IMG/VR virus record: IMGVR_UViG_3300037483_000453
Coordinates: 32,001 to 96,000 of that record
Length of the DNA stretch: 64,000 nt
Source: a virus
Direction: 5' to 3' (one strand)
Part shown: positions 16,271-25,388 of the stretch, piece by piece
Layout: each line of letters opens with the position of its first letter
Numbering within the stretch: position 1 is the stretch's first letter
The notes under the pieces: generated by a model
Seen by the model: only the letters and a program-made list of their open reading frames with translations
Told to the model about the DNA's origin: nothing
Database searches by the model: none
Translations under genes and position numbers: made by a program

Positions 16271-18183
16271 GTCCCGCTCCTGTGTAACGTATTGGGGTGT
16301 CCGATTTGTTCAAAGTCGTAGGGCCCACCCTCACTGTGGTCCCATTCTCTCAAGTGCTTTTTTAGCTTCCGGCACATCCCAATGACGTGTCCGATGTTGT
16401 CTTCATAGAAGACAGTGACGGGGGACTTCTTACCGACGAAGTCGCGGGTGTTACGGCCGTTTAGCTGTTGCAACCCATTACGGCTCGAGAAGACGCTGGA
16501 TACCAAGATGGTATCCAGCGCTTCAGAGTTCAGGCCCTCTTTGCCATACTTCGTAATAGCAAAAGTGATAGGTGTGGTGTCAAATAAACGCTTGCGCTCT
16601 TTAGCAGGCACCTTGAAGACCATCATTCCGCAGTTGGTGAGCGACTGGTACAGCTTTTTCACGTATGCTTTTTGGCGCTTATCTAGTTCGGCCACGAGCT
16701 TTTTGTGTACTGCGTACTGTCCCAAAGTTTGCTCAGTACCACAGAGCGCGCTGGCTGTCCCAGCGTCGTCATCCGGCATGTAGTGTAGTTCTTGCACGAG
16801 GGTAGAAAGCACAAACTGGTGTAGCTTTTCTGACCGGAGTTCCACGTCCTTCGTCAGTTTGCGTACTGCTGTGGGCCTGGTATCCGTGTTCATATTGAGT
16901 TTACGGGTAGCCACGGCAAGTGCGTCATATGCCGTGGCGTAGCCGGTACTACATGAAGCTAGTTCACGTACCTTTTTTCTGAGAGCTATAGACTGCCTGA
17001 TATGGACCCTGAGCTCACTCACCGTGATGTCGGCGGGTAGGAGGGTTTCCCCGACGTCCATTGGAGCGGGCTGTGGGATATCTGTGTAAAGTGGAACCTT
17101 GGGCTGAAGTCCTATGTCCCCCGATGACCACATTGCAGCCATGTTGGCAATCTCTGCCTCAGAACTAGAGAGTACTAGCACTTTACGACCACACTGAACG
17201 GCATAGGCTGCATCATTCAGTATGTCAGCCCTACGCTCGGCCCACCGTGCGTTGTAGGAAGAGACTTTGGAGCCGTGTATTTCACCATTTTTATCACGGA
17301 CGTCGGCGTCAGGCCGTGACTCATCAATCTCTAGCCCGGTCCATTTGAAAAAGATCCTAGGCTTCTGCACAGGCGTCAGATCTTTATAGACGACAGGACC
17401 TATGTGGTACTGGTTGATAATGTGATGCCCGTCGTCTCGTTCCGGAGTGGCTGTTAGGGAGACACGTTTGCCATAGAAGGCTTCGGCACTAGCTGCAAAG
17501 GTGGGCGCAGGCACATGATGCCCCTCATCCCAGATGATGAGACCAAACCATCGACGAACAGCCTCAGGCAGATCTTGGGCTCTGGCACCAATCGTGTGAT
17601 ACGTGGTTAGAACAACTGATTTCTGCCAGTCATTCTTGGCCCCTTGGATGAGGCCAACGCCACCTGGAACATCTAGCAGCGTGTCGATGTCTACGGACCA
17701 TTGCTCCAGCAGTGACGTGTCAGGTAGTGCAATCAGGGTGGGCACCTGTAACCGGGTGACAAGCTCCAGTGCAACTACAGTTTTTCCGAGCCCACATGCC
17801 AGCTGCAGCGTACCCCCAGGCTCTGACAACAGTGCTTGCAGTGAGCGTTGCTGCACGTCGTTACCGTCTGGCGTGAGGACACCATTACGCATACGATGAT
17901 CCAGCTTGATAGAGCTGGTTATACCCGTTTTCTCATACTGCTGTGGCCGCAGGTCAACCACACGGTACGGAATGTCAGTGGTACGCCAAAAGTGTCGGGG
18001 TACAAGGATGTGGTGATCAGTTTCCTTCCAGAGGTAGACCAGTCGGGTCTTCTTCTCATTGTAGTTGTCAGGGAACTCGAACGAGAGAGCGTTGCGCACA
18101 CTCTCTACGTTCGTGAACACCTTAGGGACCCAGAGCCAGTTCGAGACATAGGCAGTGTTTGGGTCTCTTTGTACTAGCCTCAT
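16234..18183 (-). CDS. Superfamily 2 helicase (XPB/UvsW-like) with a helical insertion
   Basis: Walker A LACGLGKT, IWDEGHH, SLTATPER, EGLN, QLNGR. Confidence 0.88.
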   Translation of the reverse strand: MRLVQRDPNTAYVSNWLWVPKVFTNVESVRNALSFEFPDNYNEKKTRLVYLWKETDHHILVPRHFWRTTDIPYRVVDLRPQQYEKTGITSSIKLDHRMRNGVLTPDGNDVQQRSLQALLSEPGGTLQLACGLGKTVVALELVTRLQVPTLIALPDTSLLEQWSVDIDTLLDVPGGVGLIQGAKNDWQKSVVLTTYHTIGARAQDLPEAVRRWFGLIIWDEGHHVPAPTFAASAEAFYGKRVSLTATPERDDGHHIINQYHIGPVVYKDLTPVQKPRIFFKWTGLEIDESRPDADVRDKNGEIHGSKVSSYNARWAERRADILNDAAYAVQCGRKVLVLSSSEAEIANMAAMWSSGDIGLQPKVPLYTDIPQPAPMDVGETLLPADITVSELRVHIRQSIALRKKVRELASCSTGYATAYDALAVATRKLNMNTDTRPTAVRKLTKDVELRSEKLHQFVLSTLVQELHYMPDDDAGTASALCGTEQTLGQYAVHKKLVAELDKRQKAYVKKLYQSLTNCGMMVFKVPAKERKRLFDTTPITFAITKYGKEGLNSEALDTILVSSVFSSRNGLQQLNGRNTRDFVGKKSPVTVFYEDNIGHVIGMCRKLKKHLREWDHSEGGPYDFEQIGHPNTLHRSGTWQSNLQRIFGQ

Positions 18184-18803
18184 GGCTGTGGCGGCTTGTG
18201 GGGTTTCAACGGGACATGGTCGAAGAAGGATGAAACTGAATGGCCAATAGCCTTGGCGGCAGATCTAATCAATGTTCTTCCCAGCGCCTTTGCAGTCCCT
18301 TCCTCATGATCGATGGGTTCTGGCATCGTCAGATACGACGGCATCTGGGCGCCCGGTTGCTGCACCTGCATTGGCACGTTGGTTGGACCATACTGTGCTA
18401 CATATGTGGGTGCGGTCGCACCATGGAACTGCTGAGGTAGCTGCTGTCCATAATGCTGTGGTTGCCCATAATGCTGCATTGTTGGGGCTTGCTGCAGCGG
18501 TGGCTTTTCGGATAGGTAAGGGTGAGGAGCCACTGGCCGCGGAGGCGGTTGTATCGCCGGCTGAAAAACAGTTGGGTTTGGTCTAGGCCTATACAGGTTC
18601 TGTGGAGGTATCACCTGTGCAGGCTTGAATCTGCTTTGTGAGCTTACTGATGCACAGCTTTGGTACCACCGGCATTTTTCCCTGTTCCGAGTCTTTGTTA
18701 CAGGGTGTACGTATCCTGGATCTGTTCCTCCCACACACTGCGGATCAGTGGCAGACCAGAGATGTGAACCAAAGCACTCTGGTTGTTGCGTCTGTGCATT
18801 CAT
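18180..18803 (-). CDS. Hypothetical protein, Cys-containing N-terminus plus Pro/Gln-rich linker
   Basis: CFGSH...C...C..Y..C; QHYGQ repeats. First gene of the leftward block. Confidence 0.8.
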   Translation of the reverse strand: MNAQTQQPECFGSHLWSATDPQCVGGTDPGYVHPVTKTRNREKCRWYQSCASVSSQSRFKPAQVIPPQNLYRPRPNPTVFQPAIQPPPRPVAPHPYLSEKPPLQQAPTMQHYGQPQHYGQQLPQQFHGATAPTYVAQYGPTNVPMQVQQPGAQMPSYLTMPEPIDHEEGTAKALGRTLIRSAAKAIGHSVSSFFDHVPLKPHKPPQP

Positions 18804-18837
18804 ATTGTCCTTTTCGTGGCGTCATCTTTTCCCAGTT

Positions 18838-18847
18838 CCTTATCACG
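18838..18847 (-). promoter_or_regulatory. Candidate phage promoter motif (CGTGATAAGG)
   Basis: 37 nt upstream of the 18803 start, in the divergent intergenic region. Confidence 0.55.
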
Positions 18848-18902
18848 TTCCCCAACCAGTCCTTGCAGTTGTATACTGGTGTGGGTACGATTCCCCGGAG
18901 GC

Positions 18903-19523
18903 ATGATGGAGAAGCTGAGTGGGCTAGTTTTAGATGTCTATGATGACACCGATGGGTCCATTCTTCAGGAAATCTTCCCTGGACCCGTGGACTTGTCCGA
19001 GCTTGAGAAGAGTGCACACGCATTAACAGTAGAGGAGCACAGTGCCCTTCCTGATGATGCCTATGCGCTTGTGCTGGTCAATGGTGACCAGGTGATGAAA
19101 AAGTTTGCTACTGTTGATGCAGGTAACACAGCCTTGTCTGTGATGTACTTCTTGAAGACCGCACACAAGTTACCAGAGGAAGCTCAAAAGGTAGCTGCAC
19201 AAAACTTGACGGCTGCCTGTGGTTGGTATGGCCTTGTTGCCCCGGACCTTCTGAAGGTGTCCCTCGACCTCCATAAACAGAAAACGAATCTGGACAAGGC
19301 ACCAGACCGTCCTCAGAAGTTTCCTACCCATGGGGACTGTTGCGAAAAAGCCGGTTTGGATAAGGTGGCTCTTGGTCTCATGGGTGCTGCGATGGGTGCC
19401 TTGACCATCCCGCAGTATGCCCGGGAGGCCAAGGGTAGCCTTGCGGCTACTAAGGGGGCACGGGGAGCTGTACTGACCCCTGCACAGGTTAAGCAGCGCA
19501 AAGCGCAGATGGGGATGTTCTAA
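18903..19523 (+). CDS. Hypothetical head-region protein, K-x-A rich
   Basis: Start reassigned to MMEKL behind GGAGG. Motifs EKSA, KKFA, LKTA, QKVA, DKVA. Confidence 0.8.
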   Translation: MMEKLSGLVLDVYDDTDGSILQEIFPGPVDLSELEKSAHALTVEEHSALPDDAYALVLVNGDQVMKKFATVDAGNTALSVMYFLKTAHKLPEEAQKVAAQNLTAACGWYGLVAPDLLKVSLDLHKQKTNLDKAPDRPQKFPTHGDCCEKAGLDKVALGLMGAAMGALTIPQYAREAKGSLAATKGARGAVLTPAQVKQRKAQMGMF

Positions 19524-20473
19524 TGAGTGACAGCGTCTACACGCGGCAGCAATACTGGGGCAAGTACGAGAACAAGGAAGCTGAGGCGGGTGATATCCTA
19601 CCTAGCTCAACGTTGCCCAAGGGCCCAGACAAAGGGTCCAAGACCACGATCCCTAAGACCGGTGCGGCTATGGATAAGCTCGCTGAGGCATTTGGGGCTG
19701 GGAGCTTGGTAGATGAGGATGGGGTCACTGGGGAGCAGCCAGCCAAGAACCCGCAAGCCCAGCCTGTGAGTCCCCGGGTGGACATCAGCCAACAGGAACC
19801 GCCCAAGCTTATCAAGGAGAAGCAAGCGCAGTACCTGGCTATGCCCAGCATTGGTCGCTACCCATTGGATGGGTACGACCAGGTAAAGTGTGCTTCTGCC
19901 TACTTCGATGAATACCGTGGCTCCTTTACTCCTGAGCACCGGCGCGAGTTTTGTGTGAACCTGACAAAGCGTGCATCGATGCTGGGCATTGATGTGTCAG
20001 AGGAAGTACGGAAATATGGATCAGATGGCTACGCTCCGGAGTCGGAGCTTGAGATTGCCTTTGGAACTCGCAGGTTGCTCCTCGCTGACGATCATTTGGC
20101 TGTGCTGGGCAAGCTGGCGGATGTTCGTACATCGATGGATCCTGAAGATTTCGCTGTGACGTTGGGCGAGTTCGACAAGATGGCCGGGCTGGACGAGCAC
20201 TATGGTTCAGCTTTGATGGACCCCTACCTTTCCACCTTCGGTAAGGAGGCCGAGGAGGACGAGAATATGTCGTACGTCACCGGCAATGATCTTGTCACAG
20301 GCAAGCAGTTGACGCAGCTTGCTGGGTCTCAGTCTAAGGAGATCCAAGACTACTTCGGTGCAGACTTCGCGGACGACTTCAGAAAGGACCCCGCAGCTTT
20401 GTTCAAATCGCTACCGGCTGATCAGAAGATGGTCATCAGCCGTCTAGCCAACGAACCGTCCCAAATCCACTGA
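19523..20473 (+). CDS. Hypothetical acidic head-region protein, K-x-A rich
   Basis: 316-aa ORF with 8 K-x-A motifs counted by eye. Confidence 0.85.
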   Translation: MSDSVYTRQQYWGKYENKEAEAGDILPSSTLPKGPDKGSKTTIPKTGAAMDKLAEAFGAGSLVDEDGVTGEQPAKNPQAQPVSPRVDISQQEPPKLIKEKQAQYLAMPSIGRYPLDGYDQVKCASAYFDEYRGSFTPEHRREFCVNLTKRASMLGIDVSEEVRKYGSDGYAPESELEIAFGTRRLLLADDHLAVLGKLADVRTSMDPEDFAVTLGEFDKMAGLDEHYGSALMDPYLSTFGKEAEEDENMSYVTGNDLVTGKQLTQLAGSQSKEIQDYFGADFADDFRKDPAALFKSLPADQKMVISRLANEPSQIH

Positions 20474-20480
20474 GGTAGCC

Positions 20481-21245
20481 ATGGCTGACGTGGACCTCGA
20501 GTCAAACTTCAAGAGGGTCCTCGAGAAGATTAGGAAGGATGAGGCCCACCTCTCCGACGTTACTGATTCAGATGCTCCGGTGAGTGGGGGGCGTGGGGTA
20601 AAGACGGCCAAGGTCACTTCCATCAACCTGTTCCAACAGCCTGAGGCACACCCAGTGGTGCTGGACCTAGCGTTGCTCAGAAAGTATGGGGCTGACTGGA
20701 TGCAATGGGAGCCCGAGACACTGGTGTGGCGTATTCCCCAGGACTTCCACACGACAGATGTTAGCGACCTGAACCTAGACAAGATTCAGGCCATGAAGAC
20801 GCTCCACTACAATGATAACTTCTGGACACAGTGGGAAGTGTTCAACTGGTGTTTGCAACCCCTCAACAACATGTTCCCCAACTTTCAGATCATGCAGGTT
20901 CCATCTACTGCCCAGATTTTGGTGGCATTGAGTACCGCAGCTAAGGTACGTGCTGATGTTGTGTGGTCTGGTGAGGTTAGGGCGTTCATGGAAGCTGCCT
21001 GCAGGTTTGACGGTATCTTTTGTCCGCCTGCTCCGTTAGACTTCATCGATATAAGCCCTGACCATGACCTTATCGATTGTGCCTCTGTGCGCGAGAAGTG
21101 GGCTAGGGTACGCCGAGTAGGGAAAGCTCCTACAAAGGATACTATCGTGGATGAGCAGCTACGGCGCATGCTGGACGCCTACAACTTCTTGTTGGCTGAT
21201 AGGGACCGCCTGCAGAGCCAGCTGTCCCTGGTGCTCAATGGATAA
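20481..21245 (+). CDS. Hypothetical protein
   Basis: 254-aa ORF with RBS GAGG; globular, Trp-rich. Confidence 0.85.
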   Translation: MADVDLESNFKRVLEKIRKDEAHLSDVTDSDAPVSGGRGVKTAKVTSINLFQQPEAHPVVLDLALLRKYGADWMQWEPETLVWRIPQDFHTTDVSDLNLDKIQAMKTLHYNDNFWTQWEVFNWCLQPLNNMFPNFQIMQVPSTAQILVALSTAAKVRADVVWSGEVRAFMEAACRFDGIFCPPAPLDFIDISPDHDLIDCASVREKWARVRRVGKAPTKDTIVDEQLRRMLDAYNFLLADRDRLQSQLSLVLNG

Positions 21246-22050
21246 CATCGAACACATCATGCAGGGCTTCAATGCCGAGCTCGAGAAGATCGCTGGCATG
21301 GCAGGTGTGGCTAGGGCAATACCTGGGACCCTTGGTAGGTTTGGCAAGAGGCAGGTACATGCTCTTACGGGCTGGACCCCCAAAGCTGGTATTCAGTCTA
21401 TTCGAGGCGGTGCCTACGAGGCTACTCAGCGCCTTGGCAAGGCCAGGGCAGCGGTGGCGCCAGGTAGTGCGGGTGCGTCCCCAAGATTCACAGATAAGGT
21501 TCTACGGCGGACACCCGAGAAGGTACACACTCGAGCCGTGGCTGCCGGTCACAAGGAGCTTGTGTCTGCCCAGAGAGCGCATGCGTCTGCACAGAAGGCA
21601 GAGAGTATGGGGCTCACCAGCTTGCCTGGGTACGTGAAAGCTCTGAAGACACACGGCGTCGGTAGCACCATGAAGTCGGGCTTTAAAGAGCAGTGGGACA
21701 GCATGGGTCCAGCGGGTCGTGGTTTGATGCTGGGCTTTCCCACGGTGGGCGCTGGTAGTGAGGTTATGCGTGAGAGTAAGCCTGGCGAGGCTGGCCGGTT
21801 CTCCCGAGCTGGGACCCGTCTTGGTGAGATGGCGTATATGATGGGGCCTGTCCCCATCGCAGGGCAGGTGGCAGCCCAGACGGTCCTTAGTGGTAGCGGC
21901 AAGCATGTTGGCTCACTGTTCGACAAGCGGCCGGTCAAAGCAAAGAACACGATGGCTCCATCTACACTAGATCCCGCTGGGGGTGAGGCAGAGCCAGGAG
22001 ACCGCATCATTAGTGACAGGGCCTCTGGTCTTGGTGGGAGTGCCCAATGA
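21238..22050 (+). CDS. Basic Gly/Ala-rich hypothetical protein (possible internal/ejection protein)
   Basis: Start MDNIEH overlaps the upstream stop. FNAELEKIA is followed by a cationic Gly/Ala-rich body. Confidence 0.75.
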   Translation: MDNIEHIMQGFNAELEKIAGMAGVARAIPGTLGRFGKRQVHALTGWTPKAGIQSIRGGAYEATQRLGKARAAVAPGSAGASPRFTDKVLRRTPEKVHTRAVAAGHKELVSAQRAHASAQKAESMGLTSLPGYVKALKTHGVGSTMKSGFKEQWDSMGPAGRGLMLGFPTVGAGSEVMRESKPGEAGRFSRAGTRLGEMAYMMGPVPIAGQVAAQTVLSGSGKHVGSLFDKRPVKAKNTMAPSTLDPAGGEAEPGDRIISDRASGLGGSAQ

Positions 22051-25000
22051 GCTTTGGACTAGGTGGGCAGGGCTCTGGAGCAGGTCTTGGTACAACGCGC
22101 TTATCGACACAAGGGCGCATACAGGGGGGCATAACACAGGGTGTTAGTTACCCAAGTCCCTTTTTTGATGTTGCACATACCTACCTACCAGCCACTGTCA
22201 AGCAGCTGTTTCGTTGGTGTCGGTACTACTTCCTGACGAACCCCCTCATCAATGCGACGGTGTTCAAGCTCAGTGAGTATCCGATTACAGACATCTCGGT
22301 TGAGCACGAAAACGCTGACGTGAAGGAGCGGTGGGAGACCTACTTCCGCGAACATCTTCGGTTTCGTCCATTCCAGATTGAGTGTGGCCTTGACTACCAC
22401 ACATATGGTAATGCCATGGTTAGCCTGGGATTTCCGTTTCACAAATATCTCAAGTGTCAGCACTGCCGTCTCACTGAGCGTGCCGACAAGATCCGGCAGT
22501 ACTGGACGTTCACCAATCTGAACTTCAGACTGAACTGCCCTAAGTGTGGCAACGTGTCAGAGGCTGAAGCGACAGACTTCTACTATCGTGACGCGAACGC
22601 CATCAACACTATCCGGTGGAACTGTGAGCATGTTGAAGTCACATACAATGATGTGACTGGCCAGAGTACCTACTTCTATACGATTCCTCCGACAGTACGG
22701 AATGACGTGGTCATCGGCAAGAAGGACGTAGTGGAGTCGGTACCGCAGGTTTTCATCCAAGCTATGCGGGAGCGTAAGGGAGTTGTTTTTTCAAAGGATA
22801 ACTTCTTCCATATGAAGCGACCGACACTCGCACAGCAGGACCGCGGGTGGGGCACGCCCATCATACTGCCTGTGCTGAAGGACACCTTCTACATGCAGAT
22901 TATGAAGAAGGCCCAAGAGGCAATTCTACTTGAGCATATTGTTCCGCTGCGTGTGCTGTTTCCACAGGCTGGTTCCGGGAGCTCGGATCCTTATACGACA
23001 GTCAACCTGACTGATTGGCGTGACCACGTCGGTGCTGAGATTGCCCGTTGGAGACAGGACTGCGTATCTCCAGACACATTGGTGGAGACCCCTGATGGTG
23101 TTGCCGCTGCAGAGGCTATTACGGAGGGGGACTTACTCCGCGATCATTTAGGTGGCTACAGCCGCGTCAAGAAGGTATGGAAGCGGCCCCTTAGGGCAGG
23201 CGAGAAGGCCTATTCTATTAGGGCTCGCGGACTCGGGGGTGTCATCCCTGTTGTGTCTGAGGGACACCCGTTTTTGGCGGCCAAGAAACTCAACAATGGA
23301 AACGGCCATAAACTCGGGGAGGCTGGGTACATCAGAGCGAAAGACCTTTCTGAGGGCGACTACATTGGTTACCCACTGCGCCGAGAGAGAACTCCCTGGG
23401 ATGTACTTGATCTAGCCCAGCACACTGACAGAGCTTGCACAGACAGCTGGTGCTACGTGGACCATGTAGATGATGCAGCACCACGTGCTTACGAGTTTCT
23501 CGTGGAGTGCGGGCCCCCAGAGGACAGGGAATCGTTGCTCAAGGAGCGTGGTTGGACAGTCAACCAGTACAAGGCAGCTCAAGCGGCTTACAGGGAAGGA
23601 AGGGTCTTGCGTCGGGTGCCCAGGTATCTGAGTCTGACTGACGACTTCCTGTGGGTCCTCGGGCTGTACTTGGCTGAGGGAAGTGTTTCACGGAAGCAGG
23701 TCCTTTTCGCAGCCAATAAGAAGGAGCACGAACTCTACGAGCGAGTGTATAGGTTCTTTGACCAGGTGTTCGACGCTTCTGGATTCACAAGTGACAAGGG
23801 GGGCAACGGTTGCCAGCACGTGTTTTCTAGCGTGGTTGCAGCACAGGTATTTAGCTCCTTGTGCGCTGGGACAGCAACAACCAAGCGTATACATCGGCGG
23901 CTGCTAGAGGCGTCTGACTCGCAAGTGACCAGCTTATTGCGGGGCGCCTTCGACGGTGACGGGTGCGCACACAATGATGGTTCCAGCAATAAATCTTCCA
24001 TTGGGGTAGCTAGCCCACAGCTGGCGTGTGGCATTCAACGTTTACTGCTGTCGCTGGGGGTGCCAGCAGGGATCTCGTACAAACCCCCACATCAGTACGA
24101 CATATGTGGCAAGACCGGTATGTCCAATGGCTGTCACTCCGTAGGGGTGTATGGAAGTAGTAACACGAAGATGCGGGCGTTATTTGAAGGACGTGAGTTC
24201 CATGGGGTTCTTCAACCTACTATGGGGGTAGAGCGCGATGGCTACTTCTGGTTCAGGATTTCAGAGATAGAAGAGAGCCACACTGACGAAGTTATCGGGT
24301 TCCAGATGGAGGACTCGGAAGTTAGCGTGCGCCTCGATGATGGCGAGGCGCACGGAACGTTCTGTCTTCACGGGATGGCCTCTGCGAATTCAAATTACAT
24401 TCCTATACTACCTCTGCCTATTGGCAACCAGACCATTGGTGGGGATGGTCGGGCGCTCCTGCTAACACAAGAGATCCAGACCCTGTCAGAGCACATCATG
24501 TCAGGTCTCGGGGTGCCACGTGAGTTCTTGCTGGGAGGCATGAGTTACTCAGGGTCGAATGTGTCCTTGCGCATGCTTGAGAATCAGTTCTTGGGGTTCA
24601 TCTTACGTCATAAGCAGCTGGCCAACTGGACCATGAAACAGGTGGCAGCCTACATGGGGTGGCCTGAGGCAACTATCCGTTTTAAGCCATTCAAGATGGC
24701 CGATGATATACAGCGAAAAGCCTACTTGTTTCAGCTCAACCAGGCGCAGAAGGTCTCAGACCGCACACTGCTAGCTGATGCTGACCTGGACCAGGTGAAA
24801 GAAGATAGAATCATGATGCAGGAAACTGACTTGCGTCTAGAGGCCACGAGGAAGCAACAGCTTGCACTTGCTGAGGTACAGGGCGAGGCGCAGGTTGTCA
24901 TGTCAAAGGCACAGGTAAAGGCGCAGCAGGTCATGGCACAAGCGCAGAACTCAGGGGTAGCTCCGGGTGAGCCTGGGGGAGGCGAGACCGGCGCTCCTAA

Positions 25001-25331
25001 TCCGATGCAGCAGATGCAGAGTTCACTGAGTTTGCAGCAGGAGACCGCAGCGGCTGAGGGCTCTAATCAGGAGGCGATGGGGGTCGACATACAGCAGTTG
25101 GCCCAGCAGTTGGCCCAGCAGGTGGCCGAGATACCCCCAGACCAGCAGCAAGTTGCACTTGAGAACCTCGCAGCTCAGAGTCCAGATCTCGCACAAATGG
25201 TTCAGCAGATTTTGCAGCAGCTGCAGGGACCCGCAGGCTCACAGGGGGCGTTGACCCAGTCGGTATCCCAGGTGGATATGCGGCCACAGCCTGAGGTACT
25301 TCCGGCCCGTCGTGTAGCTGCAGCGATCTGA
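22047..25331 (+). CDS. Portal protein with zinc-ribbon insertion, an intein and a Gln-rich tail (about 651 aa after splicing)
   Basis: RWCRYYFLTNPLINATVFKLSEYP, DYHTYGNAMV, HMKRP..GWGTP, GVPREFL are portal-like motifs; CQHC...CPKCG. Confidence 0.75.
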   Translation: MSFGLGGQGSGAGLGTTRLSTQGRIQGGITQGVSYPSPFFDVAHTYLPATVKQLFRWCRYYFLTNPLINATVFKLSEYPITDISVEHENADVKERWETYFREHLRFRPFQIECGLDYHTYGNAMVSLGFPFHKYLKCQHCRLTERADKIRQYWTFTNLNFRLNCPKCGNVSEAEATDFYYRDANAINTIRWNCEHVEVTYNDVTGQSTYFYTIPPTVRNDVVIGKKDVVESVPQVFIQAMRERKGVVFSKDNFFHMKRPTLAQQDRGWGTPIILPVLKDTFYMQIMKKAQEAILLEHIVPLRVLFPQAGSGSSDPYTTVNLTDWRDHVGAEIARWRQDCVSPDTLVETPDGVAAAEAITEGDLLRDHLGGYSRVKKVWKRPLRAGEKAYSIRARGLGGVIPVVSEGHPFLAAKKLNNGNGHKLGEAGYIRAKDLSEGDYIGYPLRRERTPWDVLDLAQHTDRACTDSWCYVDHVDDAAPRAYEFLVECGPPEDRESLLKERGWTVNQYKAAQAAYREGRVLRRVPRYLSLTDDFLWVLGLYLAEGSVSRKQVLFAANKKEHELYERVYRFFDQVFDASGFTSDKGGNGCQHVFSSVVAAQVFSSLCAGTATTKRIHRRLLEASDSQVTSLLRGAFDGDGCAHNDGSSNKSSIGVASPQLACGIQRLLLSLGVPAGISYKPPHQYDICGKTGMSNGCHSVGVYGSSNTKMRALFEGREFHGVLQPTMGVERDGYFWFRISEIEESHTDEVIGFQMEDSEVSVRLDDGEAHGTFCLHGMASANSNYIPILPLPIGNQTIGGDGRALLLTQEIQTLSEHIMSGLGVPREFLLGGMSYSGSNVSLRMLENQFLGFILRHKQLANWTMKQVAAYMGWPEATIRFKPFKMADDIQRKAYLFQLNQAQKVSDRTLLADADLDQVKEDRIMMQETDLRLEATRKQQLALAEVQGEAQVVMSKAQVKAQQVMAQAQNSGVAPGEPGGGETGAPNPMQQMQSSLSLQQETAAAEGSNQEAMGVDIQQLAQQLAQQVAEIPPDQQQVALENLAAQSPDLAQMVQQILQQLQGPAGSQGALTQSVSQVDMRPQPEVLPARRVAAAI
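23061..24389 (+). mobile_element. Portal intein (443 aa, LAGLIDADG)
   Basis: RWRQD/CVSPDTLVETPDG...HGMASAN/SNYIP; VLGLYLAEG, LRGAFDGDG. Confidence 0.9.
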
Positions 25332-25349
25332 AGTTAAAAAGAGCGAGTA

Positions 25350-25376
25350 GTGGGGCCCGCCAAAGGCGGGCCCCAC
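25350..25376. terminator. Bidirectional terminator between the convergent portal and vWA genes
   Basis: Perfect 12-bp inverted repeat GTGGGGCCCGCC-AAA-GGCGGGCCCCAC. Confidence 0.85.
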
Positions 25377-25388
25377 ATTCTGCATGCT

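Noticed and set aside
16650-17130. Helicase insertion as a ninth intein
   Set aside because: No Cys/Ser start block, no terminal (H/G)N followed by C/S/T, no endonuclease motifs
25092-25122. Tandem CAGTTGGCCCAG repeat
   Set aside because: Simply encodes QQLAQQLAQQ in the portal tail; two units only
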